Position numbers and translations under genes: made by a program. Source: a virus (lineage: Duplodnaviria; Caudoviricetes). Taken from it: a stretch of DNA of 27,966 nucleotides. Shown in pieces: positions 8,044-17,233 of this stretch. Where the stretch lies: positions 1 to 27,966 of the IMG/VR virus record IMGVR_UViG_3300043296_000162; one strand, written 5' to 3'. The stretch's first letter is position 1. Every line of letters begins with the position of its first letter. A model generated the notes under the pieces. That model saw nothing but the letters and a program-made list of their open reading frames with translations. It had not been told where the DNA came from and did not search any database.

Positions 8044-8057
8044 AAGGTTATAAGTAA

Positions 8058-11000
8058 GTGCCCACCTATATACTAAATAATGTTGGTGGAACCCTCAATT
8101 ATGACACACCTGTGGATCTTGGCGATCTTGATGACGATCCGTATAACCCAGATGGCGTGTATTGGGTGGCAAATGATGATGGCACTGACACTTTCATGCG
8201 CGCCGGATTTGAAAATCCGTCAGATGATCTTCTAGCTGGGGATAATTTACAAGAGTATCAAGTCCATGTAGTAAAAGTGGATACACTTGATGGCAACGAT
8301 CCAACTTTAACGATTGCACTTTATAATGGTGCAACTCCTGTACGTGATCTACTAACAGATGAACCTATTGGGAATGACCCTGCTGGTTACACTTTCAGTG
8401 TTTTCTGGAATGCAAATGAATTAACTCAAATCAGTGGCAATGCTGCTGCAATTGGTATTACAGGTAATCGTAGTGGTGGTGGGCCAACTGTTAGACGGGT
8501 TGCCGTAGTCGGTGCAGTTCGGTGGATTTCTACAGAAGATACAGGCGGCGTTACGCATCAAGGCGAAGGAATTGTTGACGGTGATGCTACCGTCGATGAT
8601 GCGACTGCCGAAGTTGATCATCAAGCGATTGCCGACGTAACCGGAAGCGCGATTGTTACGCTGGCTACTGCCAGTATGACGCGGGGTGACTTTGCTGATG
8701 TAACTGGAATCGCAACTGTAACTTTGGCGACTGGCGCCATAAAGAAACTTGCCGAAGCCGAAGCCGCAGGTTTGGCTGTTGCATCTGCGCTTGCTGAAGT
8801 AGATCATCAGGCCGTCGCTGGGGTTACTGGCGTTGCGACGGTCGATGCAAGCGCACATTTGAATATTATTCTTGGTGTTCCTTTCGCACCAGACTTTGAA
8901 GCTACTGTTATAAATTTCACCGGTTCCTACCTTGATATTGATGAAGATCCGTATGACATAGATGCAAATTGGATGGATGTTGTAGATGAAACTTCCGTCT
9001 GTTTTGGCATTTTTGATCTACCTGATTCGCTTCAATACAAAGTTGTTCGAGCAGTTGGCTTGCATTCTCTTGCTGTCACCGTTCGCAAGAATGCTTCTGG
9101 CGGAACTGATCCAACTGTTGCTGCTCAGATGTTTGATAATGCTGCCGGAAGAGAAATAGTTGTCGATAATGAAACTGTAACTAGCCTAACATCAGAAGTA
9201 CACACTGGCACATTCGGTTTAATACATGATCTAGATTACATAAATCTTCCATTCTTGCGGGTTGCAATATCTGGTACTTCATCTGGCGATAGAAATATTG
9301 ATATTGCTGCGATGCGTGTTTACCTTGCGATGGAAGGCACGCGCATCAAGTCTTCAGTTTCTGGCGCGGCGACAGTAACACTAGCTGATGGTGGTTTAAT
9401 TAAGATTGGCGCAGCGTCGGTATCTGGCGCAGCAACCATTACTGATGCTACTGGTGGAATTATTCATCCGGCGGCAGCGTCAGTAACTGGTGTTGCAACA
9501 GTTACCCTTGCAACCGCTGACGTTCTAAAAATTGGCGCGGCTGACGTTACTGGTGTTGCAACTGTAACGCTTGCAACTGCTGAAGTTTTACACATAGCAG
9601 CTGCAACAGTTTCTGGCGTTGCAACCGTAACGCTAGCAACAGCGAAAGTTGATCTTCAAGCAATCGGTTCGGTAACGGGTGTTGGCGATATTGACGCTGA
9701 CGCCAATCTTACTTTGCGTGTTCTCGCTTCTGTAACTGGAATCGCAACCGTTACTTTAGCTACCGCAACTATGGAATATTCCGCGTCGGCAAGTGTAGCT
9801 GGCGCTGCAACAATCACCGACGCTGGTGGTGGTTTAAGATTTGATGCTGCAGCTGATGTAACTGGCGCGGCAACAATTACTGATGCAACCGCCGAAGTTG
9901 ATCATAGTGCTATCGCTTCTGTTACTGGCATTTGTACTATCACCGACGCAACTGGTGATACCGGCGGTTTCAAACAAGGCGAAGCAGACGTAACAGGAAC
10001 TGCAACAATAACTGATGCTACCGCCGAAGTTCTTCATATTGCATCGGCGTCAGTTACTGGCGTTGCAACAATTACTGATGCGACTGGTGATGTTGGCGGA
10101 ATTCAAGATGGGGCCGCAAGTGTTACCGGAACTGCAACCGTAACGCTTGCGACTGCAATAGTTGAATATAGCGCGAATGCGTCAGTAACTGGCATTGCGA
10201 CTGTAACACTAGCAACCGCAAAAGTTCTTCATAGCGCGGGCGCGAGCGTAGCGGGCGCGGCAACTATTTCCGCGCGCGCGCATATGAATATAATTCTCGG
10301 TGTTCCATTTGCGCCGAGTGCTCATCTAAATAATATAAATTTCAGTAACGGCTCTAGTGGTTGGGAACAAATCGACGACGATCCGTTTGACATAGATGCG
10401 AATTGGCTAGATATTGTAGATGAAACTAGTTTGGGTTTTTATATTTCCGAACTTCCAAGTTCGCTTCAGTATAAAGCCATTAGAGGCATTGATTTACATA
10501 CCGCCGTGATCACAGTTAGGAAAAATGCTTCTGGCGGAACAGATCCAGACACTACTTTATCTATATTTGAAGGTGGTAACTCTAGAGAACATCCGATTCT
10601 TTCTGAAACTGTTACGGATTTAGTATCTGAAATTCACTCTGGTACATTTAGTTTACTAGATGTTACTGATCTTACAGAATTTAATACTGGAGTCCGTAGC
10701 AATACATCAGGTGATAGAGGTGTCGATGTTGCTGCCGTTCGTGTTTATCTTGCAATGGAAGGAACCCGCATAGCGGCATCAGTTACCGGAGTTGCCACAA
10801 TCACCGACGCAACTGGTGATATTCTTGGCGGAATTCAAGTTGGTGCTGCTGACGTAACCGGAATCGCAGCGACGACTGGCGATCTTACCGGAACTTATTC
10901 TGCTGATGCGGCTGTTACTGGTGTTGGTGCAATTTCTGCCGATGCTGATTTAACTTTAGTTGGTGTTACTTCAGTAACTGGCGTTTGTACCGTCAACGCA

Positions 11001-11894
11001 AAACCCGGAATCAAACTTTCAACTGCTGCAGCGTCGGTAACTGGCGAAGCAATTCTAGATCCTGATTACAGTCATGGTTGGCTAAATATAATTCCTGATC
11101 GACCGTTCGCGCCGATTGCTGATAGAGCAGGTTTTGGTTACACCGGAACTTTCGATTTTGTCGATGAAGATCCATATGACATTGACGATAATTGGGTAAC
11201 AGTTGACAACCCCAGCGGAAATTCAAATTACATAGTTGATTTTGTTGATGCTGCTTGGCTCAAAGCAGTTCACGCGCCTAACGCACACAATTTTGCAATT
11301 ACCGTTAGAAAAAATGCGGCTGGTGGAACTGATCCGGTTCGATTGAATGTTCGCAATACGGATGGCCCAGTTCAAAGAGAAACAATAATAGACGATGAAA
11401 CAGTAACTAACATAGTTTCTGAAGTTCATACTGGCACATTTAGTTTATTGTGGGCATTTGCAAACCTAACATTCCCGTCTGGTTCCAACAATTTGCGGAT
11501 TGCTGTACTTGGGAAAACTTCTGGCGATAGAAATCTTGATATTGCTGCATTCAGAATGTATATGTCGCTTGAAGGAACGCGCGGCAATGCGTCAGTAACC
11601 GGAACAGCAACAGCTATTGCGACTGGTGGAATAGTTGTTAGTGCTAACGCAAACGTTACAGGAATCGCAGCTGTTTCTGCGAATGCAATTATAAAACGTT
11701 CTGCGATTGCTTCAGTTACTGGTGTTGCGTCAGTTAGTGCCGAACCAGATTTGATAGAAGCTATTATTCTTGGGCGCATTATTTTTGAAGCAAGAATTTT
11801 CAAATCAATCGAAAGTAAAACTAACATTTATAAATCCATAAGAACATCAAGCGAACTAACAAAAAGCATTTATACCATGTCAGAGGTTGCATAA
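8058..11894 (+). CDS. 1278-aa repeat fibre protein: ~21-aa A/T/V/G repeats interrupted by repeated ~165-aa globular domains
   Basis: Repeat unit of the type AASVTGVATVTLATAEVLHIA. Three clear copies of a domain NII...PFAP...DEDPYDIDANW...TVRKNA-x-GGTDP...SGDR...EGTR, plus a diverged N-terminal copy. Confidence 0.8.
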   Translation: MPTYILNNVGGTLNYDTPVDLGDLDDDPYNPDGVYWVANDDGTDTFMRAGFENPSDDLLAGDNLQEYQVHVVKVDTLDGNDPTLTIALYNGATPVRDLLTDEPIGNDPAGYTFSVFWNANELTQISGNAAAIGITGNRSGGGPTVRRVAVVGAVRWISTEDTGGVTHQGEGIVDGDATVDDATAEVDHQAIADVTGSAIVTLATASMTRGDFADVTGIATVTLATGAIKKLAEAEAAGLAVASALAEVDHQAVAGVTGVATVDASAHLNIILGVPFAPDFEATVINFTGSYLDIDEDPYDIDANWMDVVDETSVCFGIFDLPDSLQYKVVRAVGLHSLAVTVRKNASGGTDPTVAAQMFDNAAGREIVVDNETVTSLTSEVHTGTFGLIHDLDYINLPFLRVAISGTSSGDRNIDIAAMRVYLAMEGTRIKSSVSGAATVTLADGGLIKIGAASVSGAATITDATGGIIHPAAASVTGVATVTLATADVLKIGAADVTGVATVTLATAEVLHIAAATVSGVATVTLATAKVDLQAIGSVTGVGDIDADANLTLRVLASVTGIATVTLATATMEYSASASVAGAATITDAGGGLRFDAAADVTGAATITDATAEVDHSAIASVTGICTITDATGDTGGFKQGEADVTGTATITDATAEVLHIASASVTGVATITDATGDVGGIQDGAASVTGTATVTLATAIVEYSANASVTGIATVTLATAKVLHSAGASVAGAATISARAHMNIILGVPFAPSAHLNNINFSNGSSGWEQIDDDPFDIDANWLDIVDETSLGFYISELPSSLQYKAIRGIDLHTAVITVRKNASGGTDPDTTLSIFEGGNSREHPILSETVTDLVSEIHSGTFSLLDVTDLTEFNTGVRSNTSGDRGVDVAAVRVYLAMEGTRIAASVTGVATITDATGDILGGIQVGAADVTGIAATTGDLTGTYSADAAVTGVGAISADADLTLVGVTSVTGVCTVNAKPGIKLSTAAASVTGEAILDPDYSHGWLNIIPDRPFAPIADRAGFGYTGTFDFVDEDPYDIDDNWVTVDNPSGNSNYIVDFVDAAWLKAVHAPNAHNFAITVRKNAAGGTDPVRLNVRNTDGPVQRETIIDDETVTNIVSEVHTGTFSLLWAFANLTFPSGSNNLRIAVLGKTSGDRNLDIAAFRMYMSLEGTRGNASVTGTATAIATGGIVVSANANVTGIAAVSANAIIKRSAIASVTGVASVSAEPDLIEAIILGRIIFEARIFKSIESKTNIYKSIRTSSELTKSIYTMSEVA
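8545..11745 (+). repeat. Degenerate ~63-bp coding tandem repeats plus three ~500-bp dispersed domain repeats (about 8851-9345, 10276-10770, 11071-11586)
   Basis: Recurring GTWACTGGYGTTGCAAC-like units. Shared blocks such as AATGCTTCTGGCGGAACWGATCCA (near 9090 and 10525) and TCTGGCGATAGAAAT (near 9282 and 11520). Confidence 0.85.
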
Positions 11895-12472
11895 TGGCTA
11901 GGAAATTGATTGATAGATATTCTGATTATGACATAATCAGCACAGCGCCAAAACTTTTTAATTACACAACTGATTTAAATGAAGTTGTAAATGACGCTTC
12001 TAGCGGTAGTGCATCGTTCAAAGTTTATGACATAAGCAAAGACGAACTTATTTTAGCCGATGAAGCAATCGGACAAACTGAATTGAGCGTTACAAATGCT
12101 GGCGTATTTAATGAAAATGATTCAGTTGAAGTAACGCAAAATGACGAAAGTATTTTGGCGTCAACTGTTAGTTCGGTCGATACTACAGCGGGAACAATAA
12201 CAATCGCCGACTCACTAACGGTTGCAGCTGATATTGGGCAAAGAGTTAGAGTTATATTTGGTGCATCTATTTCTATGACAGAGTTTGGAACAGCAAATTT
12301 GAATACTCGCAATTGGGGTTACATTGGTATTCTTGAAAATACACATGTCGCTCATTATGATGTTAGGGCCAAAGAAGGGCTCAACGTTGACATAGAAGTA
12401 AAAGTAACCAATAGTGTTATGACTTCTACTGATATTATCTGTGCAACCATAAAAGAAGATGATTGTGAGTAA
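11894..12472 (+). CDS. Hypothetical virion structural protein (probable fibre attachment partner)
   Basis: Translationally coupled (TAATG) to the fibre gene. Beta-rich and acidic, with an internal segment ADEAIGQTELSV...F...DSVEV...TVSSVD...TITIADSL. Confidence 0.6.
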   Translation: MARKLIDRYSDYDIISTAPKLFNYTTDLNEVVNDASSGSASFKVYDISKDELILADEAIGQTELSVTNAGVFNENDSVEVTQNDESILASTVSSVDTTAGTITIADSLTVAADIGQRVRVIFGASISMTEFGTANLNTRNWGYIGILENTHVAHYDVRAKEGLNVDIEVKVTNSVMTSTDIICATIKEDDCE

Positions 12473-12851
12473 AGACATAATCAAGAGAAAAAGCAGAGTT
12501 TCATGTATCGGTGACATGAGAGAAAGAATTAAGCTACATGATCGCGCGTTGCGCGTGCCCGAATTTGGAAACTCTGATTTTTCTGAAAAATTTAGTGGAA
12601 CAAAAACTGTTTGGGCAAATGTTAAAACTGTATCGGGGCAAACATTCTTTACCGGGGCAAATATTGACGTTAGTTTAACACATTCAATAGTCATTCGATA
12701 TGACGAATCTGTAACTTCTGAAACTTGGGTTGAATTGAATAACAACAATTTGAAGATTATTAGCGTTGAAGATTTAGATGAGCGACACGAATTTTTGCGG
12801 CTTCGATGCACCGAGCGTGGTGATAAGGATTTAGGAGCGGCGCAAGCATGA
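12459..12851 (+). CDS. Head closure / head-tail joining protein (SPP1 gp16-like)
   Basis: IGDMRERI-x-L...VWANVKTVSG...TH-x-IVIRY...I-xx-VEDLDERHEFL-x-L-x-C-x-E. Confidence 0.85.
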   Translation: MIVSKDIIKRKSRVSCIGDMRERIKLHDRALRVPEFGNSDFSEKFSGTKTVWANVKTVSGQTFFTGANIDVSLTHSIVIRYDESVTSETWVELNNNNLKIISVEDLDERHEFLRLRCTERGDKDLGAAQA

Positions 12852-13354
12852 AAAGCGCAATTGGTGTTGAGTCTAGTCTTGGAAACAAAAAGGTGTTTCG
12901 AGAAATAAATCGCATTCGGCCAAAGGCTAGAATGGCGATTAGAAATGCTTGGTTTGATATCGGTAAAGATTTGAAGAACGAAGCTAACACAGAAATAAAA
13001 CGCAAACCGAAAGGCGGAAAAACATATTACATCAGAATGAAAAGCGGAAATTATAGAAGGCATGTCGCTTCCGCTCCGGGTGAAACGCACGCGAATTTAA
13101 GTGGTGCATTGCGGAAATCTGTTAGTTGGAAAGTTCACGGTTATTATCGAATGGATTTCGGATATGGTTTTGCAACTGGTCCGAGTAGCAGAGCGCCAGA
13201 ATATGACCATGTTATCGAAGACGGATTTGAATTTAAAGATGGACGAAAAATACTAGCGCGCCCTAGCATTGGGAACGCTGTTAAAAAAATTCAAAGAAAT
13301 GCGACTAACGAATTTCATCGACAAATTGCAAGAGAATTCAAGAGAGTTAAATGA
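12848..13354 (+). CDS. Neck/tail completion protein (HK97 gp10-like)
   Basis: Basic protein with H-x-ASAPGE...SGALRKSV...IEDG...ARPS, located after the head closure gene. Confidence 0.75.
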   Translation: MKSAIGVESSLGNKKVFREINRIRPKARMAIRNAWFDIGKDLKNEANTEIKRKPKGGKTYYIRMKSGNYRRHVASAPGETHANLSGALRKSVSWKVHGYYRMDFGYGFATGPSSRAPEYDHVIEDGFEFKDGRKILARPSIGNAVKKIQRNATNEFHRQIAREFKRVK

Positions 13355-14442
13355 GAGCATCTAGCATCATTTCACAATTAAGTGTTTTGCTCCCCCAGCT
13401 TACAGATAAATTCACAACTGATATCGACGTTTTGAGCGTCACTAGATCAGGAACTGAAATGACGGTTATTTGTAATGAGCAGCATGGGCTAGAAGTCGGT
13501 CAAGCGTTTGCTGTTACCGGAACTGATGTTCCAATTGCCATTTCGTCATTGACTAGATCGGGCATAGTTGGAACTTTGGTAACTGCAACTAATCATGATT
13601 TGACTAACGCGGTCGCTACTTCAATTAGAATTACCGGCGCTACAGAATCTGAATTTAACGGAACGTTTGTGCGAACTAACATAGTCAATCGCAAAACAAT
13701 CACGTTTGTAATGGCTGATTCTGGTGCTGTTACTGCTACTGGTTCCCCGATTTTGCGGGACGCTGAATCTAAATTGCGTGATTACAATACAACTTATGAA
13801 GTTGACGACGTTATCGACGCTGCAACTTTTAAGTTTACACATTCAGTTACTGGTTTGACTGACCCTAACGGAACGATTGTTATCAGAACCAAACCTAGAA
13901 TTTCGTCCGGTATCAATATCGAAAGAATTATGGCCGCATATACAGAATCAGAGGTTGACGAATATTGGGCGTTTGTAGTTCTTGACGGTGTAACCGCTTC
14001 GCAAAGTAGACTAATCGAATCTGATGCTTTGGATAACATCCAACGCAATGCTAGTTTTCGACAACAAATTATAGAACCTTTTTCGGTGTATGTTTTTATT
14101 CCCGTCGAAAGCGAAATCGCTGCAAGGGAATCACGCGACGAAGCTTCTGATTTGCTTCGCCCGCTTTTGAGATCACTTTTGTTTAGTCGAATAAGCACCG
14201 GACTTTATTCAGACGTACAAAACCCTGTGCAATTTGTCGGGCATGATGTATTCAACTATGATTCGTCTGTGTATGTCCACGCATACAACTTTCAACAAGT
14301 CGCTGATATTTACGAAGAAGATACTGTTGGTCCCGATCTTGATGTTGCTTTTCGTGAAATTGATTTCAGTATTTTTAGCGACTTTGGAACGCAAGTTGAA
14401 TTCATGCAAGGAACGCCTAATTTGGATGATACCCCACTCTAG
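13351..14442 (+). CDS. Putative tail terminator/neck protein carrying inserted beta-domains
   Basis: Position between the gp10-like gene and the gp38-like/sheath genes. C-terminal alpha/beta part (FSVYVFIP...ARESRDEA...YVHAYNFQQ). N-terminal inserted TRSG...H-x-L...ITGA...FNGTF modules. Confidence 0.6.
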   Translation: MRASSIISQLSVLLPQLTDKFTTDIDVLSVTRSGTEMTVICNEQHGLEVGQAFAVTGTDVPIAISSLTRSGIVGTLVTATNHDLTNAVATSIRITGATESEFNGTFVRTNIVNRKTITFVMADSGAVTATGSPILRDAESKLRDYNTTYEVDDVIDAATFKFTHSVTGLTDPNGTIVIRTKPRISSGINIERIMAAYTESEVDEYWAFVVLDGVTASQSRLIESDALDNIQRNASFRQQIIEPFSVYVFIPVESEIAARESRDEASDLLRPLLRSLLFSRISTGLYSDVQNPVQFVGHDVFNYDSSVYVHAYNFQQVADIYEEDTVGPDLDVAFREIDFSIFSDFGTQVEFMQGTPNLDDTPL

Positions 14443-14450
14443 GAGAAATT

Positions 14451-14663
14451 ATGTTTATCCAAATAGAAGTTAAAAAAGATCTTGGTGATTACAAAGCCGG
14501 GGATATCATTAGTGTTGCTAGTCATGATGGTGTTCCTATTGATAATTTTTGGCGACGACGTTTACAAGATGCAACGTTTGATGATTGCTGTTCGATTGTT
14601 AAGCCAGCTGTAAAGGAAGAAGTAACTAAAAATGTTAGTTACAAAACTAAGGAGAAAGAATAA
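14451..14663 (+). CDS. Mu gp38-like small protein (DUF2635-like)
   Basis: GVP-x-DNFWRRRLQD motif, directly upstream of the sheath gene as in Mu-like tails. RBS AGGAG. Confidence 0.7.
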   Translation: MFIQIEVKKDLGDYKAGDIISVASHDGVPIDNFWRRRLQDATFDDCCSIVKPAVKEEVTKNVSYKTKEKE

Positions 14664-16222
14664 TGGGCGGAACGCAAATTCTGCAGCCTGAAGTTTCGAT
14701 ATCGCTGGCGAACGCAGATCGCGCAGTCAGCAACACAGATCAAAAAGTGCTTATTGTTGGTCAACAAGTAGCGGCGGCGACCGCTGTTAGTGGTGAATTG
14801 CAAGCAAACCTTGCGAGTACGGGCGCGCCCGAAAACGCTTTGTTTGGTGAAGCTTCGCAAGTTGCCGCAATGGTTCGCGCGTTTCGAGCGATCAACCCGC
14901 TAGTTCAAGTTGATGTTATTCCGCTTGATGACGCTGCCGGAACCGCTGGCACTAAAGTAATTACCATTGTTGGAACATCAAGTGAAGCCGGGACACTGGT
15001 AGTTGTAGCAGGATCTGAAACGCTTCACAGATATGAAATTGCTGTAGCGGATTTGGATACACCTACAATTATTGGTGACGCAATCGAAGCTGCAATTAAT
15101 GGGGATTCAAAGTGTCCCTATACTGCTTCAAATTCAACAGGAACTGTTACGCTTACTGCTGACAATAAGGGAACTGTTGCAAATGATCTTGGAGTTGAAA
15201 CTTCAGGAATAATCGCTGGCGTTACAGGAATGGCAGTTACAATTGGCGTTACCGGCGCAACTGATCCAACACTTACTGATATTTTGGATGTTGCAACAGA
15301 TCGTTATCAGGGAATCGTTTGGCCGTTTGTTGTTGGTGCTGCGCTTGACACTTTGCTTTTGTGGCTTGATGCTAGATTCAATCCTGATAATGCGATTGAA
15401 GACGGCGTTGCGTTTTCTACCATTGTCCAATCTTACGCAAATGTTCTTGCTGCTGGCAATGCGGAGAATTCGCCGAGTCTGGTTATTTTTGGTGATAAGC
15501 TAGAAGCTGAAACTAACTATCAGGGACCAGCGCAAAATGAGCCTACTTATTCTAAGTCGGCAATGTTTGCAGCTGTTCGTTCGTTGCGACTAACACCAGA
15601 CGCTTCGATTTCTAGATATCTAACTAGTTCGGCATCTTTGGATCAATTTGGTGGCCCTGCGCTAGCGTCGTTGCCTTATTTCAACACTCCAATTCCGCAA
15701 ATGCCTAACATTAAAGCGCCGCGCGGTTGGACTACTGGCGAAGTTGAATTGCTTCTTGCTGCTGGCGTTTCTGTTATTGGCGCGAATGCTACTGGTACTG
15801 CTGCGTTGGCTGGCGAAGTAGTGACAACGTACAAAACCGATAGTGGAGCAAATGCGGATATTACTTGGAAGTTTTTGAATTATGTTGATACTTCTAGTGG
15901 TGTTCGTGAATACATGTTTAGTAATTACAAGAGTCGATTTGCTCAATCTCGATTGACTGCGGGTAGTGTTAGTCGCGGGCGCGATATGGCAAATGATGTA
16001 ATTATCAGAGCATACACAGAGCAGCTTTACAAAGATCTTGCTGGCCCGAATTATGTTTTGGTCCAAAATGGTGAAGATGCTTTTGTGTATTTCAAGGAAA
16101 ACCTAACGGTGACACTTGATCTTGATCTTGGCAAAGCAACACTAACAATGTTTGTGCCTATCGTGACACAACTTCGCCAAATTATTGCGACTATCAAAAT
16201 CGCATTTGATACGGAGATCTAA
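14663..16222 (+). CDS. Contractile tail sheath protein (Mu gpL-like)
   Basis: KVLIVGQ, LFGEASQVAAMV-x-AF, VTLTA-x-NKG-xx-AND, GATDP, ELLLAAGVS, VTTYKTD-xx-A-xx-D. 519 aa. RBS AAGGAG. Confidence 0.92.
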   Translation: MGGTQILQPEVSISLANADRAVSNTDQKVLIVGQQVAAATAVSGELQANLASTGAPENALFGEASQVAAMVRAFRAINPLVQVDVIPLDDAAGTAGTKVITIVGTSSEAGTLVVVAGSETLHRYEIAVADLDTPTIIGDAIEAAINGDSKCPYTASNSTGTVTLTADNKGTVANDLGVETSGIIAGVTGMAVTIGVTGATDPTLTDILDVATDRYQGIVWPFVVGAALDTLLLWLDARFNPDNAIEDGVAFSTIVQSYANVLAAGNAENSPSLVIFGDKLEAETNYQGPAQNEPTYSKSAMFAAVRSLRLTPDASISRYLTSSASLDQFGGPALASLPYFNTPIPQMPNIKAPRGWTTGEVELLLAAGVSVIGANATGTAALAGEVVTTYKTDSGANADITWKFLNYVDTSSGVREYMFSNYKSRFAQSRLTAGSVSRGRDMANDVIIRAYTEQLYKDLAGPNYVLVQNGEDAFVYFKENLTVTLDLDLGKATLTMFVPIVTQLRQIIATIKIAFDTEI

Positions 16223-16227
16223 GAAAA

Positions 16228-16620
16228 ATGCCCATTCAACTATCTGACGCAACTTTGCTTGTTAATGATGAAGTTATAATGATTGTTGCAAATTCGTTGA
16301 AGTATACTGAAGGCTTCGGCGAACAAACGGTTCGCGCTGGTTCCGTCGGTGGTGGTGCTGTTGAGCAGATTTATTCGCGTGACGTTGAATCTTCGCTGAG
16401 TAAAATCATGTTTGAATTGCATACAACGCCAGAAAACGTGAAATTGGCGAGAACGTGGAAAGCAAATGCCAATCAAAATGTTGTGCAAATCGCTGGGAAA
16501 ACTACTGAGGGTGACGTTACCAGAACATTCACCCAAGCCGCTTTTACTGGCGACCCTGAAATTGAAATCAGTACCGAAGGCGTTATTGGCATCGAATTCA
16601 TGTCCAACGCAGCTATCTAA
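16228..16620 (+). CDS. Tail tube protein (Mu gpM-like)
   Basis: 130-aa beta-rich protein right after the sheath. C-terminal EISTEGVIGIEF pattern. Confidence 0.8.
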   Translation: MPIQLSDATLLVNDEVIMIVANSLKYTEGFGEQTVRAGSVGGGAVEQIYSRDVESSLSKIMFELHTTPENVKLARTWKANANQNVVQIAGKTTEGDVTRTFTQAAFTGDPEIEISTEGVIGIEFMSNAAI

Positions 16621-16640
16621 AAAGGAGATAGGCACCCGCT

Positions 16641-17108
16641 ATGCTTGACGAAAATGAAACAGAATTCCAATATATTTTGCAGATGAAATTCAGTTATGCA
16701 AACAAAGGTGAAACTGTGCAAGCAGAATTCATAACTTTGTCTGCGCCGACTTCGCGCACAACGCGCGAATGCGCGGCACTAAAACAAGCTTTTTTTAGGG
16801 CGACAAATGATCAAAGCACAACAACCACAACAAAAGAATCTGACGATGATCTTGATATTGATGGGTCTGACGTTATGGCTTTGCTGGCCATTTCTACTAG
16901 TGTTGATCTTCCTGACGTTATGGATATTGGGAAGAAGCTTTTTCAGATGCCGGGAATCGCTTTGGTTGATGGTGAAACAAAATTGGGAAGTACTTTGATT
17001 GATCGAATGAGCGTCGATGATTTTGAATCAATGCTAGGCGATTATCTTGTAAATTTTATTCTAGCATTTTCATTGAGGAAAATGAAAGCCAAATCATTCA
17101 AGGCATAA
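16641..17108 (+). CDS. Tail assembly chaperone (G-like, short form)
   Basis: Between tube and tape measure genes. ITLSAPT...IDRMSVDDF...YLVNF. RBS AAGGAG. Confidence 0.8.
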   Translation: MLDENETEFQYILQMKFSYANKGETVQAEFITLSAPTSRTTRECAALKQAFFRATNDQSTTTTTKESDDDLDIDGSDVMALLAISTSVDLPDVMDIGKKLFQMPGIALVDGETKLGSTLIDRMSVDDFESMLGDYLVNFILAFSLRKMKAKSFKA

Positions 17109-17233
17109 CAAATCTAATGTCTTTCTTTGAGGGTGCTTTGAGTTACAAAGAATTGCGTGAAATGCCGTTACCTGAAATTTCAATGTTGCAAGGCGAAGCC
17201 AAGCGCATACACGCGCAAAGGAATAAAAAGTAA
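17051..17233 (+). CDS. -1 frameshift extension of the tail assembly chaperone (GT-like long form)
   Basis: Slippery heptamer A AAT TTT at 17051-17057 in the correct phase. The -1 frame stays open to TAA at 17231-17233: YSSIFIEENESQIIQGITNLMSFFEGALSYKELREMPLPEISMLQGEAKRIHAQRNKK. Absent from the ORF track. Confidence 0.8.
   Translation, partial: KFYSSIFIEENESQIIQGITNLMSFFEGALSYKELREMPLPEISMLQGEAKRIHAQRNKK

Noticed and set aside
9360-10260. ~63-bp periodic repeats as a possible CRISPR array
   Set aside because: The units are degenerate, in-frame coding repeats without an invariant repeat and unique spacer structure, and there are no cas genes.
8851-11586. Dispersed ~500-bp repeats as a possible diversity-generating retroelement template/variable pair
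   Set aside because: All copies are in-frame protein domains with differences at all four bases rather than only at adenines, and no reverse transcriptase is in the window.
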